From contig JAKLGU010000001.1 in assembly GCA_022710485.1 (NCBI GenBank), forward strand, positions 468,315 to 532,314: DNA of 64,000 nucleotides, given 5' to 3'. Within the stretch, counting starts at the first letter, position 1. Each line of letters opens with the position of its first letter. Positions 54,786 to 62,850 of the stretch are shown here, one piece after another. The notes below the pieces were generated by a model. It worked only from the letters and a program-made list of their open reading frames with translations, did not search any database and was not told the DNA's origin. A program made the position numbers and the translations under genes. The DNA is from Gemmatimonadota bacterium (GTDB lineage: Bacteria; Gemmatimonadota; Gemmatimonadetes; Gemmatimonadales; GWC2-71-9).

Positions 54786-57135
54786 GCTGCTCCCGAAGAA
54801 CCGTGAGAACCTTGGTGACCGAGGCGTCGACTTCCTGGTCACGTAGCGTGCGGTCGGCCGCCCGGTAGCGGAGCCGAAACGCGAGCCCGCGGTGGCCGGC
54901 AGGCAGCCCGGCGCCCCGGTACTCGTCGAGCACCTCGACCGCCTCGATCAGCCGCCCGGCCGACTTCCGGATGGCGTCGCCCAGTGCGGCGGCGGCGATC
55001 CCTGCCGGCACCAGCAACGCGAGGTCGCGGGTCACGGCGGGATTGACCGGCAATGGTTCGAATCGGGGTGCGGACCTGGGACTCGACTCGACCAGGAGCT
55101 CGAATCCGAGCACCGGCGCCGCCCAGGGCGGCGCATCGGCCGACGCCACTCCCGCCCAGCCGATGACCTGGCCTCCGGGAGCATGGGCAACCCACTCGCC
55201 CCCTTCAACTTGCACCGTCGCACCGGGATACGCCAGAGCGGCCGTCGACTCGAAGAGGGCGCGGAGGTCCCAGAGGTCGACGTCGGGCGACTTCCCCGAT
55301 GCACTCCAGTGGGCCGGCTCCCGTGCGCCCGTGATGACTCCAGCGACCCGGTGCTCCTCGCGCGGTGGCGAGCCGACCTCTCCCGCCAGGAAGACGGTGC
55401 CGAGTTCGAAGAGCCGGACGTCACGAATGTGGGCGGCCCAGTTCCCCTCGACCCTCCGGATGAGCCCGGGCAGGAGCCGCGCGCGGAGGTACCCCTCCTC
55501 CGCCGACAGCGGATTGAGCACCCGCACGCTTTCCGCTCCGGCCGCAGGGCCCAGCGGAAGCGTCTGGACCTCGAACAGCCCTTCGGCCACGAGCCCCTGG
55601 CGCAACCGCCCGTCGATCCCTTCCGACGCGGCGCTCGGCAGGTCGCCGACACGGAACGGGCGAAGTTCGGTCGGAAAGTTGTCGTACCCGTGGAGCCGGG
55701 CGACCTCCTCGATGAGGTCGATTTCCGCGACCAGGTCCGGCCGCCAGCCCGGCACGTCCACCGCAATGCGGCCGTCGTCGGGCTTGGACACCACCGTTGC
55801 CCCGATGGCGACGAGGTACCGCTCGATGGCGTCCCACGGCACCTCGACCCCGAGCACCTGCGTCACGCGCGCCGGGCGGAGGAAGATCCTCGGCGGGTGT
55901 GACACCTGCGGGAAGAGGTCCACCGGGTCGCCGTCGAGCGAGCCGCCGGCCGTGGCCTGGATGATTTCCACCGCACGCCGGAGCACCTCCGGACCGTTCC
56001 AGAGGTCCACGCCGCGCTCGAAGCGATAGCTCGCCTCGCTGCTCAGGCCGAGCTGCCTGCGTGTGGCGCGGACGCCCTGCGGCTCGAAGTACGCGCACTC
56101 GAGGAAGAGGTCGGTCGTCTCGGGCGTCACCTCGGAGTGCGCCCCGCCCATCACGCCGGCCACGCCGATGGCCGACTCGGCGTCGGCGATGACCGTCATC
56201 GACCCGGCGAGCGGCCGGTCCGCCCCGTCCAGCGTGGTCAGCCGCTCGCCGGGCCGCGCGCGCCGGGCCACGACGGCGGGGCCCTTGAGCCGCGAGACGT
56301 CGTAGGCGTGCATCGGCTGGTTGAGCTCGAACATGACGCAGTTGGTGGCGTCCACCACGTTGTTGATGGAGCGCATCCCGATCGCCTCGACCCGGGCCCG
56401 GAGCCACTCGGGCGAGGCGCCGACGCGCACGCCGCGCAGCACCGCGCCGAGGAACCGCGGGCAGCCCACGGCGTCCTCGATCGCGACGCGCACGCCACCG
56501 GTGCTCGCCTCGGCGCCCGACCGGAGCGGCGTCGGCATGGCCGGCCCGTCGGAACCTGGCACCGCCGGCAGCCGGAAGGTGCCGCCGAACGAGAACGCCA
56601 GTTCCCGCGCGACGCCCTTGTGCCCGAGCAGGTCGGGGCGGTTGGGGGTCACGTCCACCACCAGCCGGTCGTCGGCGATGTCGGCCACGGCAAGGAAGGA
56701 GGTACCGGGCGCCGCGTCGGTCGTGAGTTCGAGGATGCCGTCGTGCTCCTGGCCGAGCCCGAGTTCACGCGCGGAGCAGAGCATCCCCTCCGACACCTCG
56801 CCCCGGATCTTCCGCTTCTCGAGGGTGAGGCCGCCGGGCAGCGTCGAGCCGACCGGCGCGAAGGGGTACTTCTTCCCGGCGGTGACGTTGGGCGCACCGC
56901 ACACCACGTGGCGCGGCGTGCCGCTGCCGTCGTCCACGTCGCAGAGACGGAGCCGATCGGCGTTCGGGTGCGGGCGTACCTCGCGTACCAGGGCGACGAC
57001 GACCTGCTCCAGCCCCGGGTGGAGCGGCTCGATGGCGTCCACGGTGGCGCCGAGCGCCGCCAGGCGGCGCGCGACGTCGGCGGAGTCGAGCGGACGGCGG
57101 AGGAACGCTTCGAGCCAGCGGCGGGAGACGTTCAC
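54760..57135 (-). CDS. pheT: phenylalanine--tRNA ligase beta subunit
   Basis: The GTG at 57135 overlaps the pheS stop (GTGA). VNVSRRWLEAFLRRPLD...; 791 aa with tRNA-binding, B3/4, B5 and FDX-ACB regions. Confidence 0.95.
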   Translation of the reverse strand: MNVSRRWLEAFLRRPLDSADVARRLAALGATVDAIEPLHPGLEQVVVALVREVRPHPNADRLRLCDVDDGSGTPRHVVCGAPNVTAGKKYPFAPVGSTLPGGLTLEKRKIRGEVSEGMLCSARELGLGQEHDGILELTTDAAPGTSFLAVADIADDRLVVDVTPNRPDLLGHKGVARELAFSFGGTFRLPAVPGSDGPAMPTPLRSGAEASTGGVRVAIEDAVGCPRFLGAVLRGVRVGASPEWLRARVEAIGMRSINNVVDATNCVMFELNQPMHAYDVSRLKGPAVVARRARPGERLTTLDGADRPLAGSMTVIADAESAIGVAGVMGGAHSEVTPETTDLFLECAYFEPQGVRATRRQLGLSSEASYRFERGVDLWNGPEVLRRAVEIIQATAGGSLDGDPVDLFPQVSHPPRIFLRPARVTQVLGVEVPWDAIERYLVAIGATVVSKPDDGRIAVDVPGWRPDLVAEIDLIEEVARLHGYDNFPTELRPFRVGDLPSAASEGIDGRLRQGLVAEGLFEVQTLPLGPAAGAESVRVLNPLSAEEGYLRARLLPGLIRRVEGNWAAHIRDVRLFELGTVFLAGEVGSPPREEHRVAGVITGAREPAHWSASGKSPDVDLWDLRALFESTAALAYPGATVQVEGGEWVAHAPGGQVIGWAGVASADAPPWAAPVLGFELLVESSPRSAPRFEPLPVNPAVTRDLALLVPAGIAAAALGDAIRKSAGRLIEAVEVLDEYRGAGLPAGHRGLAFRLRYRAADRTLRDQEVDASVTKVLTVLREQHGIELRAS

Positions 57136-58199
57136 CTGGCCCGTCCCAGCTGGGCGAGGAACCGCATGTCTCCCTCGAAGAGGAGACGGATGTCGGGGAT
57201 GCCGTAGCGCAGCATGGCGATCCGCTGCGGCCCCATGCCGAAGGCGAAGCCGGTGTATCGCTCGGCATCCACGCCGCAGTTCTCGAGCACCTTGGGATGC
57301 ACCATGCCGCAGCCGAGGATTTCCATCCACCCCGTCCCCTTGCAGGCGGAGCACCCGTCACCGCCGCACAGATAGCAGGACACGTCCATCTCGGCGGACG
57401 GCTCGGTGAACGGGAAGAAGGAGGGCCGGAAGCGCACCTTGGTGGTGGGCGAAAAGAACTGCCGCGCGAAATGGAGCAGCGTTCCCTTCAGGTCCACGAA
57501 GGAGATGCCCTCGTCCACGGCCAGCCCCTCCACCTGCCAGAAGACCGGCGCGTGGGAGGGATCGAACGGGTCCTTCCGGTACACGACGCCCGGGATCACC
57601 ACGCGGTAGGGCGGCGGGCCGGCGAGCATCGTGCGGATCTGGACGGGCGAGGTGTGGGTCCGGAGCAGGACCGCCTTGCCGTCGCCGGGGCGCGCATCGC
57701 CGCCCACGTCGAGGTAGAAGGTGTCGTGCATGTCCATGGCCGGGTGGTCGGCGGGGAAGTTCAGCGCGCCGAAGTTCATCCACTCGGTCTCGGCCTCGGG
57801 GCCGATGGCGCGGTTGAACCCGAGCCCGTGGAAGATCTCGCAGATCTCCTCGACCACGCGGGTGACGGGATGCTCGGCGCCGACCCACCGGCGGCGACCC
57901 GGCATGGTCAGGTCGAGGCCCGCCGCGCCCGCAGCACCCGCCGCGGGGGCCAGCGCGGCGGCGCGGGCCTCAAACGCCGCTTCGAACGCCTGCCGCAGCT
58001 CGTTGGCGGCCGCGCCGACGGCGCGCCGCTCCTCCGGTGGCAGCGCGGCGAGCGACCGCAGGAGCGCGGTCAGCGCCCCGCTCTTCCGTCCGAGCACGGC
58101 GATCTGCTCCGCCTCGAGGGCGTCGGCGTCGAGCCCCGCCACCGCCGCGAGGCGTGGGCGGAGCGCGTCGAGCAGCGATTGCGGGTGGGACTCGGCCAT
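57132..58199 (-). CDS. pheS: phenylalanine--tRNA ligase alpha subunit
   Basis: I chose the ATG at 58199 (MAESHPQSLLDAL...). Class II motifs are present: ...FPADHPAMDMHDTFY..., ...RTHTSPVQIR..., ...GFAFGMGPQRIAML. Confidence 0.95.
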   Translation of the reverse strand: MAESHPQSLLDALRPRLAAVAGLDADALEAEQIAVLGRKSGALTALLRSLAALPPEERRAVGAAANELRQAFEAAFEARAAALAPAAGAAGAAGLDLTMPGRRRWVGAEHPVTRVVEEICEIFHGLGFNRAIGPEAETEWMNFGALNFPADHPAMDMHDTFYLDVGGDARPGDGKAVLLRTHTSPVQIRTMLAGPPPYRVVIPGVVYRKDPFDPSHAPVFWQVEGLAVDEGISFVDLKGTLLHFARQFFSPTTKVRFRPSFFPFTEPSAEMDVSCYLCGGDGCSACKGTGWMEILGCGMVHPKVLENCGVDAERYTGFAFGMGPQRIAMLRYGIPDIRLLFEGDMRFLAQLGRAR

Positions 58200-58293
58200 C
58201 GCGAATCCGGTTGTGACGAGGGTGGAAACGGCCGTGGGGCCGGCCGCGCATGGCGACCGGCCCCACGCGCGACCGCCTGGGACAGCGCGGAGC

Positions 58294-58662
58294 TTACTTG
58301 GCGGCCTTGGCGACCTCGGCCTTGGCCACTTCGGCGATGGCCGCGAAGGCATCGGCATCGCGCACGGCGAGGTCGGCCAGCACCTTGCGGTTCACCTCGA
58401 CCCCGGCGCGCCGGAGCGCGTCCATGAGGCGGCTGTAGCTCAGCCCGTGCTGACGCGCCGCGGCGTTGATGCGCGTGATCCAGAGCGCGCGGAACTCGCT
58501 CTTCTTCTTCCGCCGGTCGCGGTAGGCGTACGCCAGGCCGCGCTCGACGTTTTCCTTGGCGGCCTTGTACAGCTTGCTGCGGGACTGAAAGCCGCCCTTG
58601 GCGGCCTTCATGATCTTCTTCTTCCGGGCGTGATGCGCGGGACCGTTTTTTACGCGAGGCAT
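58294..58662 (-). CDS. rplT: 50S ribosomal protein L20
   Basis: 122 aa, [37 protein letters not shown]... Confidence 0.95.
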   Translation of the reverse strand: MPRVKNGPAHHARKKKIMKAAKGGFQSRSKLYKAAKENVERGLAYAYRDRRKKKSEFRALWITRINAAARQHGLSYSRLMDALRRAGVEVNRKVLADLAVRDADAFAAIAEVAKAEVAKAAK

Positions 58663-58672
58663 GGTATCTCCC

Positions 58673-58867
58673 TTACGCCTGGAGGAGGCGGCTGACGCGT
58701 GGGAAGTCGGCCGAACTCACGTAGGCCACCTTCTTCAGCTTGTTCTTCCGCTTCCGACTCTTCTTCGTCAGAATGTGGCTGTGGTTGGCGTGAAAGCGCT
58801 TGAGCTTTCCCGACCCCGTCTTCTTGAACCGCTTCATGGCGGCCCGCTTCGTCTTCATCTTCGGCAT
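58673..58867 (-). CDS. rpmI: 50S ribosomal protein L35
   Basis: 64 aa, [24 protein letters not shown]... Confidence 0.95.
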   Translation of the reverse strand: MPKMKTKRAAMKRFKKTGSGKLKRFHANHSHILTKKSRKRKNKLKKVAYVSSADFPRVSRLLQA

Positions 58868-58896
58868 AACGCCCTCACCTTTCGGATCGTGCGCCC

Positions 58897-59433
58897 CTAC
58901 TTGGGCGCGATCACCATCGTCATGTTGCGGCCTTCGAGCTTCGCGTCCATCTCGACCTTGCCGACGTCCGCCAGGGCGGCGATCACCCGGTCGAGCACGG
59001 CGCGGCCCAGGTCGATGTGGGCCAGTTGGCGGCCCCGGAACATCAGCGTGACCTTGACCTTGTTGCCGTCGCCCAGGAACTCGCGGGCGTGGCGGGTCTT
59101 GAAATCGAAATCGTGGTCGTCGATGCCGGGCCGGTACTTCACTTCCTTCAGCTGAATCACGTGCTGCTTCTTCTTGGCCGCGCGCGCCGCCTTGGCTTCC
59201 TCGAACTTGAACTTCCCATAGTCCATGATCTTGACGACCGGCGGGCGCGCGGTCGGCGCCACTTCCACCAGGTCGAGTCCCCGATCCTGGGCGGCGGCGA
59301 GCGCCTCCTCGATCGGGAGCACGCCGAGCTGCTCACCCTCCGCCCCGATGACCCGCACCGGACTGATCCGGATCTGGCGGTTGACGCGTACGCGCTTGTC
59401 GCGGTCTGTGGACAGTGGAACGCCTCCGGCCAA
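58897..59433 (-). CDS. infC: translation initiation factor IF-3
   Basis: ...[45 protein letters not shown].... The start codon is uncertain. The longest ORF uses a TTG at 59433, but a GGAGG lies inside its first codons, so a non-canonical start a few codons downstream is possible, as is usual for infC. Confidence 0.9.
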   Translation of the reverse strand: MAGGVPLSTDRDKRVRVNRQIRISPVRVIGAEGEQLGVLPIEEALAAAQDRGLDLVEVAPTARPPVVKIMDYGKFKFEEAKAARAAKKKQHVIQLKEVKYRPGIDDHDFDFKTRHAREFLGDGNKVKVTLMFRGRQLAHIDLGRAVLDRVIAALADVGKVEMDAKLEGRNMTMVIAPK

Positions 59434-59468
59434 AAAAGAAAAAGGACATCCTGAGACGACGGATGTCC
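59432..59468 (-). terminator. intrinsic-terminator-like hairpin plus U-tract abutting the infC start (candidate leader attenuator)
   Basis: The minus strand reads GGACATCC-gtcgtctca-GGATGTCC-TTTTTCTTTTTT. The stem is 59444-59451 paired with 59461-59468, and the T-tract is 59432-59443. The tract stands out in a ~70% GC background. Confidence 0.6.
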
Positions 59469-59602
59469 ACGCGCGCCACGGCTGAATAGTTCGGCCTGGT
59501 GACGACCTCGGGACCCGGTCACTCCGGCGTGCGCCGGGCTCAGGGTGGGGGGATCTTCCCCCGCTTCAAGTGCGCAAAGTCTAGGCGGGACAGCCGATTA
59601 TG

Positions 59603-60508
59603 TCAAGCCGGCGCCGCGCCGGGCGCCAGGACTTCATCGGCCAGCACCGCGCCGCCCTTCGCCTCCACCGCCCTGCCGTACGCCACCCGCGCGTCGTGCT
59701 CGAAGAGGAGGAGCCAGCCCCCCGACACGGCGTCCCGGAGGAGGGCCCGGCGGGACTCCAGGGTCCGGAGCGGCTCGACGTCGTACCCCATGATCCAGGG
59801 AAGCGGCAGGTGTGCCGACGTCGGGATCAGGTCGCCCAGGAACGCGGCGGTGTCGGGGCCGTCGGACACGAGTACAGACTGGTGCCACGGCACGTGGCCC
59901 GGGGTCACCCGCACGCGGATGCCGGGGAGCACCTCGCCGTCGCCCTCGAGAAGCCGGAACCGACCGGCCGCCGCCACCGGCTCGAAGTTGTGCGGGATGT
60001 AGCTGGCCCGGGTGCGCTCGTTGGTGTGGCGCGCGAACTCGAGGTCGCCGCCCTGGACGACGTAGGTCGCGTTCGGAAAGGTCAGCCGGACCTCGCGCAC
60101 GCCGCCCGGCAGGTCCACGGCGGTGGTGTTGCCGCCGGCGTGGTCGAAGTGCAGGTGTGTGTTGATGACCCACCGGATATCCGAGGGGATGTGCCCCAGC
60201 TCGCGGAGGGCGTCCTCCAGCTGGGTCGGCCCCGGGGTGCCGGCGTTCTCGATCCCGTAGATGTCAATGAACTTCGGGTCTTCCTTGTTCCCCAACCCGG
60301 AGTCGATCAGGACGAGGCCGTCGGGATGCTCGACCAGCAGGCAGCGCATCGCGAGCGGAATCCGGTTCCGGTCGTCCGGGGCGATCCGCCGCGACCAGAG
60401 GGTCCGCGGGACAACGCCGAACATCGCGCCGCCGTCGAGCCGCTGCAGCCCCGCCTCGAGGGTGTGGCAGCGGAGGGAGCCGATCCGGAAGGAGTGGGTG
60501 AGCCTCAT
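59603..60508 (-). CDS. MBL-fold metallo-hydrolase
   Basis: 301 aa with the HxHxDH motif (INTHLHFDHAGGN). Confidence 0.8.
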   Translation of the reverse strand: MRLTHSFRIGSLRCHTLEAGLQRLDGGAMFGVVPRTLWSRRIAPDDRNRIPLAMRCLLVEHPDGLVLIDSGLGNKEDPKFIDIYGIENAGTPGPTQLEDALRELGHIPSDIRWVINTHLHFDHAGGNTTAVDLPGGVREVRLTFPNATYVVQGGDLEFARHTNERTRASYIPHNFEPVAAAGRFRLLEGDGEVLPGIRVRVTPGHVPWHQSVLVSDGPDTAAFLGDLIPTSAHLPLPWIMGYDVEPLRTLESRRALLRDAVSGGWLLLFEHDARVAYGRAVEAKGGAVLADEVLAPGAAPA

Positions 60509-60521
60509 GAAGGCAAAATAG

Positions 60522-60544
60522 GCGGGGAAGCGGGGAAGCGGGGA
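60522..60544. repeat. second copy of the 23-nt tandem-octamer motif GCGGGGAAGCGGGGAAGCGGGGA
   Basis: Identical to 27551-27573. It lies 14-36 nt upstream of the MBL hydrolase start codon and is followed (on the plus strand) by the hairpin gggcgaac-cttgt-gttcgccc at 60561-60581. Confidence 0.8.
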
Positions 60545-60585
60545 GGTAGCGAGGCCGCAGGGGCGAACCTTGTGTTCGCCCGCCC

Positions 60586-61398
60586 CTACACCCGCCCCCG
60601 CCGCGGTACGAGAATCCGTTCCAGATCATCCAACGTGTTGGCACCCTGTTCCATCGCCAGAGCCAAGAGCCGCCGGAGGATTTCCGCCGTCACCAGCGCG
60701 TCGCCCGCGGCCCGGTGCCGGGCGCCGTTGTCGAGATTGAAGTGGGCGGTGACCTGGTCGAGGGAATGCGACGTCAACCCGCGGACGAGGCGACGCGAGA
60801 GGCGCACCGTGCAGAGCCGCGGCCCCTCGAGCGCCAGCCCGCGGTTCCGCCGCAGCTCGGCGTCCACGAAACTCCAGTCGAAGCGGACGTTGTGCGCCAC
60901 GAAGACACGGCCCGCGAGCGCGGCGAGGATCGCGTCCGCCGCCATGTCGAACGTCGGGGCGCCGGCCACCATCGCGTCGTCGATGCCGGTGAGCGCGGTG
61001 ATCTGCGGGGCAATGGCGCAGCCGGGGTTGATGAGGGATTCGTAGACCAGCTCGGTCCGGTCGCCCTGCACCAGCACCACGGCGATGTCGGTCACGCGGT
61101 CGTCCCCGGCGGCGCGCATCCCGGTCGTCTCCACGTCCACCACCGCGAAGGTGCAGGCCTCCAGCAGCGGCGACCCCTGCGCCCCGCCTGCCAGCGCCCA
61201 GCGGCCGTCTCCCAGCTGCCGCACGCGCGGGTCGGAACCGAGAAGGGCCACCGCCAGGCGGGCCGCCACGGCGGGAGGCGCGGCGGCGAGGCCCATCACG
61301 TCCCGAGCAATGACCGCGGCCTCCGCGGGGCCCGCCGCCAGGAGCGTGAGCGCCCGGTCAGCCAGCGTCGAAGTCGGGTGCGCGGTGAGACCGGTCAC
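60586..61398 (-). CDS. DEDDh 3'-5' exonuclease (DnaQ/epsilon-like) with an ~85-aa N-terminal extension
   Basis: Exo I FAVVDVETTG, Exo II ...ALTGI..., Exo III FVAHNVRFDWSF, and ...HRAAGDALVTAE. Confidence 0.8.
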   Translation of the reverse strand: MTGLTAHPTSTLADRALTLLAAGPAEAAVIARDVMGLAAAPPAVAARLAVALLGSDPRVRQLGDGRWALAGGAQGSPLLEACTFAVVDVETTGMRAAGDDRVTDIAVVLVQGDRTELVYESLINPGCAIAPQITALTGIDDAMVAGAPTFDMAADAILAALAGRVFVAHNVRFDWSFVDAELRRNRGLALEGPRLCTVRLSRRLVRGLTSHSLDQVTAHFNLDNGARHRAAGDALVTAEILRRLLALAMEQGANTLDDLERILVPRRGRV

Positions 61399-62022
61399 TC
61401 AGGTCGGATTGGCAAGATGGTAGGCGAGGGCCTCGAGTTCGAGCGCGAGGTTCACGGTCTTGACGGTCACGTCGGCCGGCACGGCCAGTTGCAGCGGCGC
61501 AAAATTGAGGATGGACTTGATGCCGAGGTGCACCAGGCGGTCCGCCACCGACTGGGCTTCCTCCGGCGGCGTCACGAGGACGGCGATGTCGGCGGGGTTC
61601 CGGCCAAGGCTCGCCTCGAGTTGCCTGACATCCTCGACGCGCACCCCGCCGAGCTCCTGTCCCACCTTGGCGGGGTCGCGGTCGAAGATGGCCACGAAGT
61701 CGAAGCCGCGGCGCCGGAAGCCGCGGTTCTGCACCAGGGCGCTGCCGATCTTGCCCGCTCCGATCAGCGCGACGCGGTAGTGCCGCGTGAGCCCGAGGAT
61801 CTGGCGAAGCGCCTGGACCAGTTCGGGAACGGAGTACCCGAGCCCGCGCTTCCCGAACGAGCCGAAGAACGACAAGTCCTTCCGCACCTGCGCGGAAGTA
61901 GTGCCCCCGCGCCCGGCGAGCGCCCCGGAACTGATGGTTTCGATGCCCTGCCCCTCAAACTCCTCGAGAAACCGGAGATAGAGTGAGAGTCGTCGGACGG
62001 TGCTGTCGGCGATTTTCCGCAT
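61399..62022 (-). CDS. rex: redox-sensing transcriptional repressor Rex
   Basis: 207 aa, ...TVRRLSLYLRFLEEF...ISSGALAGRGGTTSAQVRKDLSFFGSFGKRGLGYSV...VALIGAGKIGSAL.... Confidence 0.9.
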   Translation of the reverse strand: MRKIADSTVRRLSLYLRFLEEFEGQGIETISSGALAGRGGTTSAQVRKDLSFFGSFGKRGLGYSVPELVQALRQILGLTRHYRVALIGAGKIGSALVQNRGFRRRGFDFVAIFDRDPAKVGQELGGVRVEDVRQLEASLGRNPADIAVLVTPPEEAQSVADRLVHLGIKSILNFAPLQLAVPADVTVKTVNLALELEALAYHLANPT

Positions 62023-62032
62023 TGCCCTAGCA

Positions 62033-62050
62033 TTGTGAAATGTTTCACAA
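62033..62050. promoter_or_regulatory. Rex operator (ROP box)
   Basis: TTGTGAA-ATGT-TTCACAA, a perfect match to the published Rex consensus TTGTGAAnnnnTTCACAA. It lies 11 nt upstream of the rex ATG. Confidence 0.8.
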
Positions 62051-62052
62051 AG

Positions 62053-62850
62053 CTAAGCAGGTCGCCAGCCACCGTCAACGAGGGCCGCGTGCAGGCGAAG
62101 GAACTCCGCGGGGGACACGACTTCGGGCCGCACGCCCGCGTCCAGACCCGCCTGCGCGACCGCGCGCGCGGCCGCCTCCCCACCCCACCCCGTCAGTTCC
62201 CGCACCGCCCGCACCAGTTGCTTGCGACGGAACCCGAACAAGCCGACGACGGCCGCGCGAAAGCTCCGGACGTCCCCGTCGCGCACCAGTGGATGGGCCA
62301 GCGGCTCGAGCCGCAGCGCCGCGCTGTCCACCTTGGGCACCGGCTGGAAGGCGCCCGCCGGGACGGTAAACAGCACCTCGGTCTTCGCGACCGCCTGGAT
62401 CCCGACCGTCAGCGCGCCATAGTCCTTGGTGCCTGGCGCGGCGCCCACGCGATGCGCGACCTCCTTCTGCACCAGGAAGACGATCCGGCGCGGCCGCGGC
62501 GGCGTGAGCGCCTTGTCGAGCAGCGGCGACGTGATGTTGTACGGGATGTTGCCGGTGACGAGCCCGCCGGGACCGCCGGCGAGCGCCACCCAGTCGAGCT
62601 CGAGGGCGTCGCCCTCGACGATTGTCGCGCCCGGCACCCGCGCGCGGAGCGCCGAGATCATCTCGCCGTCCTTCTCGATCGCGACGACGCGCCCCGCGTG
62701 CCGGAGCAGCGCCTCGGTGAGCCCGCCTGGCCCGGGGCCGATCTCGAGCACGGTGTCGGCCTCCGTGGCGCCGACCGCCTCCGCCAGGCGGTTGAGGATG
62801 CGGGGGTCGTGGAGAAAATGCTGGCCGAGTCGGCGCTTGGGCCTGGACAT
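62053..62850 (-). CDS. rsmA: 16S rRNA (adenine1518/1519-N6)-dimethyltransferase
   Basis: I chose the ATG at 62850 (MSRPKRRLGQHFLHDPRILNRLAEAV...VLEIGPGPGGLTEALL). 265 aa. The 342-aa track ORF is an over-extension. Confidence 0.9.
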   Translation of the reverse strand: MSRPKRRLGQHFLHDPRILNRLAEAVGATEADTVLEIGPGPGGLTEALLRHAGRVVAIEKDGEMISALRARVPGATIVEGDALELDWVALAGGPGGLVTGNIPYNITSPLLDKALTPPRPRRIVFLVQKEVAHRVGAAPGTKDYGALTVGIQAVAKTEVLFTVPAGAFQPVPKVDSAALRLEPLAHPLVRDGDVRSFRAAVVGLFGFRRKQLVRAVRELTGWGGEAAARAVAQAGLDAGVRPEVVSPAEFLRLHAALVDGGWRPA

